In this document: positions 1-12,252 of the stretch, in pieces | Position numbering within the stretch: position 1 is the stretch's first letter | Layout of the letters: the number at the start of each line of letters is the position of its first letter | Assembly (NCBI RefSeq): GCF_964204645.1 | Contig: NC_134026.1 | Coordinates: forward strand, 12,956,050 to 13,020,049 | DNA from: Tubulanus polymorphus | Taxonomy: Eukaryota; Animalia; Nemertea | Reading direction: 5' to 3' | Length of the DNA: 64,000 nucleotides | Position numbers and translations under genes: made by a program | Notes under the pieces: model-generated | What the model was told of the DNA's origin: nothing | The model's database searches: none | The model's input: only the letters and a program-made list of their open reading frames with translations

Positions 1-113
1 TAAGTGCTAATACATGAAACTATTTCACTCCTTTTTGACTGGGTAGTTGAATCCGAGAACGAGAACAGACTTTGAAACAGATCAACGCAATATATCGGCT
101 AAATCAAGATACC

Positions 114-870
114 TTTTTGATTTGATTTGATTTGAAAACTTTATTTTTCAAATATAATTTACAGCATAGTGTACAAAGCATAATACAAAATACAGTAAAT
201 TAGACCTGGAGGGGCCTGTAGAAACTAAGGAATAGTTTGTATAAAACAGGTCCTTCAAAAGAGAAAAGAAAAAAAGAGAAATGCAATAAAGAAAATAATA
301 TGCTCACAGTCAACCCTTAACACACAAAATGCAATCAAAGTAAACTATGATAACAGCTTGATTAAGATATAATCATTTAATAAGCTAATTATTTTCTGAA
401 ATATTCCAAAAACAATAATTTTAGTTCGAATAACTGTATGATAAAATCAAGCACAAAGTTGCTTTCTATAATTTCTTAGGAACAGTTTAGAATTTTCCAT
501 GTTTTTTAGATTTTCACTGATGTTATTCCAAAGTAAAGGGCCGGATACTTTTACTGAAAATTTTCTTCTTAGACTATTGAAAGAAAGTGTTTGTAAATCT
601 TGACGTCGCCGAGTATTGTGACTGTGGATTTGAAAATTTTGGTTCCAATAATTTTCGAATGATTTCGGTAATTCGGAGTGGACAGATCTGTAGATAAAAG
701 TACCTAGCTGAAGTTTATTAATATCTTTGAGCTTGAGGATATTAAAAGCTTTGAATATAGGGTCAGTGTGCGCCAAATAATAGGAATTAGAAATTAGCCT
801 GATAGCTCTTTTTTGCAATACAATTAATGGCTGAAGTTTATTTTCAAAATTTCGTCCCCAAACTAAGTTA
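114..870 (-). mobile_element. 5'-truncated LINE (CR1/L2-like) 3' end: ORF2 C-terminus, 3' UTR and (TCAAA)n tail
   Basis: ORF 447-818 (QKRAIRLI...HTDPIFK..LKL..I...HSHNTR...SGPLLWN) is typical of the post-RT C-terminus of LINE ORF2. On the minus strand AATAAA is followed by a (TCAAA)n tail at 114-146. Confidence 0.8.
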
Positions 871-3249
871 CAAGTTTATTTTCATCATCGCAATAAATGT
901 AATCACAGACATTCGAAATCACAGATATAATTGATAACAATTTAATAGTTAAAATTATATTCAGTTATAAATTTGATACATTCATATTCTCAAATGATTC
1001 ATACATCATTCATATTCTATAAACAATTTCAAGTTATACCACTTTTGAGAAACAGTTTTAAGACTAGTCTTAATGAATTTTTGGTTTTATCAATAAAAAC
1101 CCGATTCAAATCATTTCAAATGATATTCAAGTCTTTTGATCACGTCTTGATAAACAAGTGACAAGTGAAATTTGCAGAATCTACGAATCTACTTCAAATT
1201 TTGAAGAATTTCTACCAATCTTATCAACTGCGGCCACGACAATTAGAATCGCTTTAGGTGACAACTATCTCAGACATTCAGGCCAAGTAAATGAGCCCAA
1301 TATCTTGGCCGCAGACCGTGTATTAATCAACGTTCTCCAATCAGATATCCATACATCCCATTCTAATTAATAATAGGCCTACAATATGTGATTTTCTGTA
1401 TTTTCAATGTAAAATATTTAGTTTGGTCACTCTAACCACATACCAGCGCTTATGTATCATTTAGCTAAAATCATTCAATATTTTGTTTCAAAAATACTAC
1501 AGCATTTGTTTTGCTCCTTGTACAAAGCCATGCCAATGACACCGACCAAACATACACTTGCTACAGACTGGGCACAATTCGGTAGGCTAGATGGGGAACT
1601 AGCAAGCAAGCAAGTATTAGAGATTCCATCCATCAGGAACAAGGCAGTTTAACCTTATTAAGGAATAATTCTATAGTTTATTCTAAGTTTACTTCATCTT
1701 ATTGAGTGACACAAATTAATTACTGATAAGCACTGACTAGAGCTAAACTGTTATATTAATCAAATACTCAAACATGTTGATTATGATTAGGCACATATTT
1801 ACATATTTGATAATATTCTATCCCATTTGATCCAGTAAAACAGTATTTCATCTATTAAGCAAGACAGTAATAGATAGATGAAAATTTCGATGTCAAATGA
1901 AATGTATTAACAGTTCATATATAGAATTTTGATGAGATGATAGCCATACACCCTATCAGTCACTAAAATTCCTTAAAAGCGCATACTAAGCATCAATGTA
2001 TATTATAAACATTATTGTTATTATATGAGTTTAACGGCATCAAAAATAGCTGAAAATCTAATTAGGTCAGCAAATAACTGTGCACCAATGACACATGACA
2101 GGGTATCATACTTTGACAGGATTCAAACTTGAATACAGTTTCGATGAATATAAGGGCTCTGAGATAACACTGAAAAAAAATCTATCAAACGGAAAAATAC
2201 ACTTACCATTAAAATCAGAAAATATCCATATTCCACTTGTAAGCCAGCTTTTCTAAAAGTTTTCTGGGACGCAACAAAGTTGTATAGTGTTTGTCATGAC
2301 TAGATTTATTAGATAAAACACATTTGCGAAGGTCTTTTTTAATTTGATGATATGTCGAGTGAACTAAAGATTGCACTGCGTGTTCCGACCGGCGTAATCT
2401 ATCCGCATTTAAAGTCATGAAAGTTTTACTAAGTTTAGCCTGATGACGAAGCTCATCATATCTGGTGACGCATTCGGCAGGCCCGAGTACCTCAAACAAC
2501 AACTTCCCCCATGATGTTTGTATTACTGGGTAATCTGATCATTCTTCCTGAGAAAAAAAATTCAAAACTTTAGTTTCATTTTTATAAGATATGAAAATAT
2601 GTTCGGCCTAGAAGCTTATTACCTGATGTACTTCTGATGGGGAAGGTATCAGTTTCATCTGGCAAACTGGGTCTTCTGGTTCCAACTAAAAATAATAGAA
2701 ACACAATAAGAAAAGCTTAATGATATTGAATGGAAGTAGTGTTGAAACATGTTTAATGTCTACTAAATTTCTTGAATTTCCCAAAAAAAAAATAATGATT
2801 CGGATTTTGATCAGATGAGGGTGCAATGACCCAACCAGTCAGCTTTAGCTATTTTGATCATCGGGGGAGGCACTTTCTATTAATCAAACTCAATTTAAGA
2901 TGACATACCTGATTTGATATATTTATTTCCTCCTCTTGTTCTTTTTCGGTGTCGGGTTGTGCACTTTCTTCGATTGTACTTGCCGGTAATGTTTCATGAT
3001 CCTGAAAACCCAAAGTTTCTATTGCTACAGTTTGAAAGTTTTTTGAACAATCTTTCAAGATAGATAACTTACATTCGGGGTTTGTGCTTCTAATTGAACA
3101 TTTTGAGTTTGTTCGTTTTCGTCATAACCAATCTCCGCCTGAAACAAATAGCATTTCACGTGAATATAGCTTCAATTCAAAAAAGCTTGAACAACTTTAT
3201 TTCTTGAAATACAGCAAACCTACGTCATTTTCTAAGCCCGAATCATCCA

Positions 3250-6200
3250 AAGAATCTCTCCGAAATGATATTTTCTCACCATTATAACGGATCCACAAAG
3301 CTGGGATATCAAATACGCCCTCAGCAAGTATAAAAGAAAGAAAGGATTATTCAACAAATTAATTTTTAGTTTTGATAAGATAAATCTAAGTATATCTATA
3401 TGTATATGATATTTGGGCTCTTCACACACCTAGACTCTTCTCAACACAATTATGCCTGTATTTGTTAATTATATCAGATTCTTGATGAAGGGTAGTACTA
3501 CGGAATGACATCTATGACGGTCTTTCCGGTTTAAAATCATCTTGATCGTCACCATCAAAGAAAATAATATCGTCGCCATCCCAACTCCACCAGACACCTT
3601 CACCACAGTTAAAAACATCAGAAAGTCGTTTAATATGGTGTTGCCACGAAGCTGCATCGATTTCGTGACAAGAAAATCTAGAGTACTTTGAGGGAGGGGG
3701 TATTAATCAATCTTGGTACGTACTTTATGTACAAAACTCAAATGAAAATATTCGTTGGTGTTTTATCGGCTTTTAGTACCGGGTATGTAAAATCAATAAA
3801 CAACAATACTTGCTTAATTCTTTTGTTGCGTCATTTATTTAATTATCGGAATTTTGTTCTAGACAAAATGTCGAGGTACCAGAAGTTTATTTCTGTTTTC
3901 GTGGAAACTAAAGGTTCTGAAAAACCTAGTAGGCCTAGTCTTCATGAAAACTTCAAACTTCCGTATATGTTGATGGAGCCCAGTGCCTGCATAATCTTTT
4001 TCGTAGGAATTCACCCTAACCCTAATTCAGATGAAAAATTAAGTTTTGTGACTCTATCATCCTACGAATAAAAATTATGCTGCCTGGCAACAGGAGAGGC
4101 TGAAACAGAAACAAACAAACAATTCCACTTGTGACTTGCAGTAGACTTCAACTGGGATTTCCCCAATACCGGGTACCGGTATCGATCTTTCACGCACTTG
4201 TTGGTACATCATTAATGAAATTAATGTTTTATTTGTGTTCTTTGCATCAATATAATTGGGGGGGGGGGGGTGGTCATGGGTGCGTCGGTACGTACCTAAG
4301 AGGGGGGTCAGTGAATTTGGTACAAAGGTGGTACAAGGGGGGAGGGGGGTCAGAAAAACGGGAGATTTTGAGGTACGTAATTTGCGAACGCTCCCTAAAG
4401 CATGTTTATAAGTTAGATTATAGAACTGTAGAATAAGTCTTGGCGAACGATTGTTTTCGGATATATACATACAACGGTTAATTAAAACAAGCGTTTTAAG
4501 TAATTGTTCGACATCAGTGGTAACAAGATCCTGTGAATATAAACGATAAATAACGCGATAAAGAGAAATAACGGCTTCTCTATAGTCACATCCACGATAC
4601 ACATTTTTGCCCGAAAATAATGCATTGTACGCAGCACAATATAATTTCTTAGTATTCTCAGGCAAGTGAAGTTGAAGCTCGAGTAAAACATTCTTAGAAT
4701 GTTCTTTACACGTATGAAGAGGTTCACAACCAAGATTTTCGTACGTATCCAAATTCATAGAAGATAGTGTTTCGCGGTGATTAAAAAATAATAAAGATGG
4801 CACACGCTGAATACCTGAAAGTTCGTCACGTAATAAATCGGTTAGATCGCTCTTGGTTGAGTTTTCATCATATTGAATATTACGGCGGTCTAGCTCAAGT
4901 TTTAAATTTTCCTTGGAAACATTCGAAAATGGATGTGTTATTCCGTTCGCTTGAAGTGAACTAAGCGGAGATATATTTACAGTGCGTATCCGTTCATCGG
5001 CCGATATATATTTAGCATTCAATGCAGCAGGTAAAAAAGTTAAATAATTTCGCATTCAATTTACAATCAACACACGGAAAATGTCCACCTTTTTGATGTC
5101 CAAATTCAAACTGTTGAGCCGGTGAATCTCCATGGAAAAAGCGTATGACATCACGAACTGGAGTCCCATCGGGAAGATTGAGCGTGATCGACATTTCTTT
5201 CAAACATTCCTGTCGAGCAGTGGTAAAAGCAAGCTGATCTTCCTCATTCGCACGACAACGACCAAATATGTATAACATTGGCTTTTCTACAACAGCTTGC
5301 ACATCAATAGATTTTCCGGTTTTAAGTAAATATTCCTCATCAGTTAGAAAAAATACAGGGTCATATATGGAAGAAACAGTATGTAATATATGTGAACGAT
5401 TCGCAATCGTACTTTCATCATGCCATATTATCAGGTGGCGAATCCTGAACGAATCAACGAGGAGTTTTTTAAGAGCATCACGGCTCTGCGCAATATCCAC
5501 ATCACATTTCAAAAGTAACAGTTTAGAAATAATTTCATCACGCGGAAGAGAGTCAAAATAAGCATCGGAATGATCTCGGATAAGTCCTAGTTCCGAAAAA
5601 TAAACTAATGAATCTTTCCGAAGATTAACGAGCGGAATTCGCCGACCGGTTAAAGTTAAAGTCTCTTCCACAATCTCGACTTCTTGAGAAATTGTCGTTT
5701 TCGTAAAGTCCCGTTCCGCAATTTTGTCACCGACAATCAGTTCTCCAGATTCCACTAGGGCATACATGTCTGATTTAATTGTTGATGAACATCGAGACAC
5801 CGGAATAGAAATTTCACCACCTTTTCCACGTCTCAGTCTACGCCGAGAATGGGGGCATTGTAAAAATGCTTCTTTTGGTAGGCCTTCAGATAGCAGAAAT
5901 TCTTTTACAATCTCGCCCTTATTCGAACTGAAAATGGGTGAATTGGTTTTCTTTGATGTTATCAGATACTGACGAGATAAAGCTGAACAGTTTATTTTTT
6001 TCTGACTATTCGCTAACTGGATGGCTTGTCTCAACATACTTTCACTATCAAATTCTAAGTTAACTATTGTTGGTATGTGTTTTTTAGAAGGAACACCTTC
6101 ATAACCTTCGAGCTTTCTTCGTTTTTGATACCGTGCATTAGCTTCAGCAGGAGTTTCAAAAAATGTAGCTTTTCTCTTCCTGTCGTAAGCAAGGAAGCTT

Positions 6201-6912
6201 TGATTTGATGCTAAATGAATTATAGTATCATTCTCTCGCATTTTCTGCTCTGAAGCTCTTTTACATTTCGAAAATATCTCACGTCGTTTTTTCTTTTTAG
6301 CTTATACCGTCTCTTTTTACATAAGTTTAATTGCGGAATGCGTACGAAATAATCACTAATCTCCTCTTCATATCTCTTCGAAAAAACAGTTTGGCATTTC
6401 TTATACAAGTCATACGCAGCTTTAGTCTTTTCGGTAATGCTTGCTTTCAGTGGTTTACGTCCACGCGTTGAAATGTTGAGTGACTCTGTTAACTCAGATA
6501 CAAATCTTCTGAAACCAGGGAAAAGCTGAAGCAATGAAGAATCTTCCGCACACGCAGCACATTTTTCGATTGAGTGTTTAGTCTTGTCCTCAGGTGAAAG
6601 TTTGCGAAAGTTTTCGGAGGAATAAAACAGCACAAACTTCTCTTTCAAATCCCGGTCGCTCCACTTCGCATTAAAATTATCGATTACGATTTGCGAATCG
6701 GCTTTGAAATTTATAAAATCCATTCGAAACGAAGCAGCAACATGAGTATCAGAAAACAAATCCGATATGATGTCATTGTATGCGGAATACCACTGTTGTA
6801 GGATTTCATTTTTCGCACTGACAGATTTTCGTCCACGTAGATTACCAATGCCGGAGCGCGCCAACTTAATAAAAGATAGTACATAGCCGCACTGAATCCG
6901 TGTAGTCTTCAT
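3250..6912 (-). pseudogene. Frameshifted DDE transposase-like gene (RAG1/Transib/Chapaev-like RNase H fold), interrupted by an insertion
   Basis: Overlapping ORFs 6220-6912, 5012-6241 and 4398-5055 read as one protein. Motifs: IIWHDES (D1), FFHGDSP (D2), GGHFPCVDC (CxxC), a SAP-like helix pair, and GCEPLH. Coding-like sequence resumes at ~3500-3660 (SWQHHIKRLSDVFNCGEGVWW). No TIRs identified. Confidence 0.55.
3690..4397. mobile_element. Non-autonomous DNA element or insertion inside the transposase gene
   Basis: The transposase reading frame breaks after YKHAL. The right end has G-runs and ends ACGTAATTTGCGAACGCTCCC-TA, a common invertebrate MITE-type terminus. The left boundary is approximate. 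Confidence 0.45.
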
Positions 6913-6934
6913 TGCAATAAATAAATGTACCGTA

Positions 6935-7311
6935 AGTAATAGGGATAATAGGCTTTCAAATCAAAGGTCGAACGGTCGAGTTCATTAAAAACAAAACATT
7001 AAAAGTAATTTAAAACTATAATATATTTTCATAACCGTGTGTATTTTATATTATAACTAAATATTTATTCTAAGATATCAATAATTTAAAAAGCATATAA
7101 TCAAATATATTTTAATAATAATTATTATTCTATTATTCAACTGAAATACACGGTTATGAAAATATATTATAGTTTTAAATTACTTTTAATATTTGTTATT
7201 AATGAACTCGACCATTCAACCTTTAACCTGAAAGCCTATTATCCCTATTACTCTTAAAATAATCATATAAATGAATAACATATAAATTGACAGATTATTA
7301 AATATAAAAGT
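6935..7311 (+). repeat. Left TIR of Polinton 1, containing an internal hairpin at 6935-7252
   Basis: Near-identical reverse complement of 23663-24041. Bases ~6935-7044 pair with ~7145-7252. Confidence 0.95.
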
Positions 7312-7342
7312 GTAAGCTCTTATAGAATAGATATATAAATAG

Positions 7343-7954
7343 TTATTTTATAAATTTATATTCATATGGAAATTGTAGTCTCAGTAATAATTTTGAACCT
7401 TTATTATTCTTTAATTTATTCATATATTCATCATGTAATTCAGTAGGTATAATTTGATTTTCTTCCAATGATTGTTGCATAGATTTTCTATCTTTGTTAT
7501 AAAATAAAACTAGAAATCTAATGTTTTCTCTAAAGTCTTTAACAATTGAATTATATTTTTGATTTAAAACCCATGTTGTTATCCCAAAATGTCTTCCAGA
7601 GAAAGCTAAATAACATAACTCACTTTCTCTCACTTTTGAATCATGTAAATTTGCGCAATCATCTATAATGAATAATGTATTTGATCCTTTATAAGTATCA
7701 ATTGCTATTTTTATACAATTATCTAAATTTTCTTTTACTGTTTTAGGATTTAATATAATAAACTTTTTTATCTTAACTATATCTCTATTATATGTTTTAT
7801 TCATTTCATAAGTAGGACAGAATAATATTATATTATCAAAATGATTCTTATAAATAGTTTCTAACAAGTCTAATATGAAATGTGTTTTACCACAATTGGT
7901 TACACCAGTAACTAACATATTATGCGGTTCAAATATAAATAAATCTTTATTCAT
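7343..7954 (-). CDS. A32/FtsK-like DNA packaging ATPase
   Basis: Walker A GVTNCGKT, Walker B LFIIDD, and SGRHFG and LNQ..IRENI-type motifs. Intact 203-aa ORF. Confidence 0.92.
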   Translation of the reverse strand: MNKDLFIFEPHNMLVTGVTNCGKTHFILDLLETIYKNHFDNIILFCPTYEMNKTYNRDIVKIKKFIILNPKTVKENLDNCIKIAIDTYKGSNTLFIIDDCANLHDSKVRESELCYLAFSGRHFGITTWVLNQKYNSIVKDFRENIRFLVLFYNKDRKSMQQSLEENQIIPTELHDEYMNKLKNNKGSKLLLRLQFPYEYKFIK

Positions 7955-9042
7955 TTATTCTTTTAATTTTACTAGATAAAATCCATTCATTAAATTTATC
8001 ATCATATCCTTTGTATTTCACCAAAGAATACTTTTTTCCTTTAAGAGTTTTTGTTTTCAATACTTTTTCTATTTTGTATTCTATTTCATCTGGGTTTGGT
8101 ACAAGTGATAATTTTTGTTCATAGAAATAACCTAATATTTCTTCATCTTTTATATCTTCTTATTTATAAACAAATGGTTTAGTTAATATTATCTTTTTAA
8201 TCTTGAATATTTCTTCTGTAAAATTAGGGGTATAACCTTTATAAAATGTTTTTCTATATTTAGATATTCTTACATGTTGCCCTATTTTAAATTTAGGTTC
8301 ACCGAAATCATGTGTAACAAACGCGCCATATAAATTATTCCAAACTATTTCTGAATTATCTTCTTTTCTAGCTTGTATAGGTTTCATATTTATAGAACTA
8401 TGTTTAGAATTATTATAACCTTTCACTAAATCATCTAACACATCGATATATTTATATGTTTCATTAGCAGTAAAATATTTCCACATTCTAGTTTTCAATG
8501 TTTTATTAAATCTTTCTATAATAGATGCTTTTTTATCTGAATGTGTTGAAAAATATTTTACATCGTTATCAGATAATAGTTTTTTAAAATGTTTGTTATA
8601 AAATTCCTTACCTTCATCAAATTGTATCTTATCTGGAATAGCTTCTTTAAATATAGATTTAAAAGCATTTGTAACATTTTCTATTCCAGTTGTATTTTTG
8701 ATTGGAATTGACCATGCGTATCTACTGAATATGTCTTTAAGATTCAGTATCCAAAAATATCCTTTGTTGTATTCCTCTAAGTTCTTCATTGTTAATTAAA
8801 TCTGCTTGCCATTGTTGATCAATATATGAAACCATAACTTTTCTTGTTAAATAAGTTTTATCCATTTTCTTGTGTATTTGATATGTTGGTTGATTTTGTA
8901 ACCATGATTTTAATTCACTATATTTTATATTACCATTTTCTTTATCAGATTTAATTTTATCCCATAATTCTGTAACACTAGAATATGATACTTCACTTTC
9001 TGGGTTATAATATAACTCTCTTAAATATTGTTCTTTTTTCAT
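7947..9042 (-). pseudogene. Retroviral-like (RVE) integrase with C-terminal chromodomain, broken reading frame
   Basis: LYYNP N-terminus, QWQADL (D), IQFDEGKEF (D), IIERFN (E) and YNNSKHSSI. A chromo-like tail YKIEKVLK...SLVKYKGYDDKFNEWI lies at ~7960-8080. Split into ORFs 8737-9042, 8160-8789 and the tail. Confidence 0.92.
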
Positions 9043-9056
9043 CTTATTTTAATCCA

Positions 9057-9422
9057 TTAATAATAATTTAGATTTAGTTTCAATGACTTTATGATTTGAC
9101 TTATTTTCTGGTATGATAGGTTTATTGTCATTGGAATCATCTTATCTTTATCATCAGATTTGAATTTTGATTTATATATTACACCGGATAATATAATAAC
9201 TGTTACTAATCCAATTGTAATATATAATTTATAATTACTTCCAGCATTAGAAGAATCAGATGGATTATTATTTGAATCAATATCAGATGAAGTCTGTGAT
9301 TCATTCATATCAGTTAATTTCTTTTTCTTAGCTTTTTTTAATTCTGAAGATCTTTTACCTAATTCTCTTGCCCATTTAATTTGTTTCTCGGATCTAGCCT
9401 TTTTCTTAACTCCATCACTCAT
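9057..9422 (-). CDS. Polinton hypothetical protein, basic N-terminus with one TM helix
   Basis: 121-aa ORF with RSEKQ..W..ELG motif and hydrophobic LYITIGLVTVIILSGVIY. Confidence 0.65.
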   Translation of the reverse strand: MSDGVKKKARSEKQIKWARELGKRSSELKKAKKKKLTDMNESQTSSDIDSNNNPSDSSNAGSNYKLYITIGLVTVIILSGVIYKSKFKSDDKDKMIPMTINLSYQKISQIIKSLKLNLNYY

Positions 9423-10017
9423 CTATTTTAGTTAATTTTTGTTCTGATTCATTTTCTGTTTCGACGTTTGGTTGTAGTACATCTGTTTCAATCTTACCTG
9501 ATTTACATTCCATAGGCTTGATGTTCGAAAATGTTATGACGCCAGTAGAAATTAATGTCATAACCGATCCTAATTGAAATGAAGCATAACCAACCCATTT
9601 TTGTAATTCAGTCATAACTAAGTAGTCATTTTTCAAATCACTATATAATTTATTTTCATCATCAATTGGTATTAACTGGTTACATAACTTAGAATAACAT
9701 TTGACAATACCATCTGAAATAGAATCATTTATTCTAGCTAATCTAGCTTCTTCATAAATCTTAAAATATTTTAAAACTTTATCTGGTTTCATAGAGTCTA
9801 GTTCTTGAAAAGTAATGATTCAATTAAAAAACTCATTAGTTTTTCCACCGGCAATCAATAGTTCTATATGATGCTTACAATATAAATAGTATTCATAATC
9901 TATATTGTTATTAACTTGAATAGAATTAGAAACAACTGTATCTTTATTATCACTTATACCCAAATCATCTAATGTTTTTTCAATATCAATACTATTCTTA
10001 CTCGATTTCTTTGTCAT
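9415..10017 (-). pseudogene. Polinton hypothetical protein split in two
   Basis: ORFs 9820-10017 (TAAATG start) and 9415-9792 are adjacent and probably one disrupted gene. Confidence 0.6.
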
Positions 10018-11192
10018 TTATATTAGAGAAATTTAATAAGAAAAATATTATAAGTATTATAAAATGATACTAGCTAGTTAAAGCTAAAGAATTCTAGTAT
10101 TGACTACTGATACTAGCTATTTCAATTTAAAGAATTTCTATTTGAATCTATTCAAAATATAAAGTATTCTCTTTTTGAAAAGAAAATATTAAAAATAAAA
10201 TTTTAAATAATTTTAAGTAATTTTAAATACTTTTTATTTAAATTAGGATTTAGATTAACTAGACTACTATTGTCTATCTATTAGGAGCAGTAATTATAAC
10301 TGTCCAGATAAGTCATTTCGGATTCTCGATAAATAAATCCTAAAACTGAAAATAAATTCAAAGAAACGACTGTTGGAAATACTATTTCATAAACACATAT
10401 ATATATTTTATTCTACAATCATTATCGATTTCCACATTCCAAGCCGCTCCACTCAGTCCCGGTAAGTTATGCGTGGAATGCAGGAATCAATAAAGTATAA
10501 TACAACATCTGTCACTGTGTGTCATTAACAACAGCTTAATGACGCAATTGAAATTCCGACAAACGTAATGCATTGGAAGCCTATACAGTATGGCTAAACT
10601 GCTACAGTCTCATGAGTTGAAATATCCATTATTTCTGATTTCACATCCATCTATCTTCACTTTCTTCATTCAATGGCCTTCATTTTGTTATCTAAAAGAT
10701 AAATATCTAGCGTAGAATAAAACTAACTTGAAGTTGTAGTTGTAAAATATAAGATAAGTTTTGCATGTTTAACGTTTCCCAACGCCTTAATAACAACAAA
10801 AACAGTACTTACATTTATAACTGTAAACTCCTAAAATTGTGTTTATAGAGAGAATATCCTATACGTTCCTATGCTTATGTGCTGCGCGTTTATAACTGCC
10901 AGTTATTCACTAGCTAAACACTGTCTGTGCAACATATGTTCCTTCCTTTGTAATATAATTGATTAATCCTTTTCAACTGAAATAGCACATTCGATCAATA
11001 TTCAAATGAGATACACCCTATTCAACTGAATATGAAATACGGCACAGATGTTTTTGTAAACAACCTAATACAATTACATACAGGCGGTTTGACATAGATC
11101 GAGAGTAACCGGTTTTCTAAGCGTTTAAGCTTCAACGTATTTTTCATTATGGGTTGAGTTCCATAATTCAACAAATGTCTTTGCTTTATCGT

Positions 11193-11783
11193 TTATAGTT
11201 GATCTAAATATAATTTCATATCTAGTTTGTTAGATTTAATTATATTTTCTTTCTTTTCAAGAGGCCTTAAATTTCTCCAGTTCCATATTAGCTTCTTATT
11301 ACAATCATCACTCATGTCAAATTTAGAAATCGGCAACACGTGATCAATATGAAAGTATTCACCATAATTATCTATATTCATTTTATCATCGAATTGATAT
11401 ATTATCCATGATTTGAGAAATTCATCTGAACAACCCAACAAATTAGATAATGTTTCTGAATGTGTTTCTTTGTTGAATAATTGTGTTAATCTAGATCTTA
11501 AGCATTGTTTCAATCTAAAATTAAGATCTGTTTGATATCTTTCTCTCATATATTCTGCCATATAATAATTATAATGTTCTATATTATCTTCTCGATATTG
11601 TTTGGTATATAGTTTAGTGCAGGTTTTACAGCAATATTGAAAACCATCTTTGCTAATCTCACGCTTACTAAATTCTGTTAAAGCTAATTTATCTAATTCA
11701 CATTTAGAACACTTCTTGTAATATATATTTATAACACCAGTGTTATTTGTAATATTTATAGTTTGTGGTTGTTCTGGTTCCAT
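11193..11783 (-). CDS. HNH endonuclease with N-terminal CxxC..CxxC zinc ribbon (large DNA virus/phage type)
   Basis: CSKC...KDG..CCKTC, LRSRL...LLGCS, NYGEYFHIDHVLPIS and NWRNLRPL..EN..K. Confidence 0.85.
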   Translation of the reverse strand: MEPEQPQTINITNNTGVINIYYKKCSKCELDKLALTEFSKREISKDGFQYCCKTCTKLYTKQYREDNIEHYNYYMAEYMRERYQTDLNFRLKQCLRSRLTQLFNKETHSETLSNLLGCSDEFLKSWIIYQFDDKMNIDNYGEYFHIDHVLPISKFDMSDDCNKKLIWNWRNLRPLEKKENIIKSNKLDMKLYLDQL

Positions 11784-11855
11784 TTATTATACATATTTTT
11801 TTACTAAATTGATTTTAGAAGTTATTCATTTATATGTTATTCATGAATACCTATG

Positions 11856-12245
11856 TATTAGATACCCTATTAGATACCCTATTAGATACCCTATTAGATA
11901 CCCTAATACCTGATACCCTATTAGATACCTTAAATACTTAAAACCCCCTTTTTTAAAATAAATATTATTTATACAATTTTCAACCAATTCATTCTTATTT
12001 TTTCAACTAATATATGAATAAGTTTGAAAATAATAAAGGTTATTTATTATTACTGAGGTTTCAATTTCCATATGAATATCAGTTTATAAAATAGGATATT
12101 TTATGTATTAGATTGTATTAGATTGTATTAGATATGTATTAGATTGTTTTAGATATGTATTAGATATGTATTAGATACGTATTAGATACCTTAAATACTT
12201 AAAACCCCCTTTTTTATTTACTATTATTTTATACAATTTTCAACC
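11856..12245. repeat. Two arrays of TATTAGA-core short tandem repeats, each followed by a duplicated ~55-bp unit
   Basis: (TATTAGATACCC)n at ~11856-11930 and (TATTAGATTG/TATTAGATATG)n at ~12105-12190. Both are followed by TTAAATACTTAAAACCCCCTTTTT...TATTATTTTATACAATTTTCAACC. Confidence 0.85.
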
Positions 12246-12252
12246 TTTATTA

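Noticed and set aside
11856-12245. Repeat arrays as a CRISPR-like locus
   Set aside because: Units are 10-12 bp, tandem and without unique spacers; the context is eukaryotic with no cas genes.
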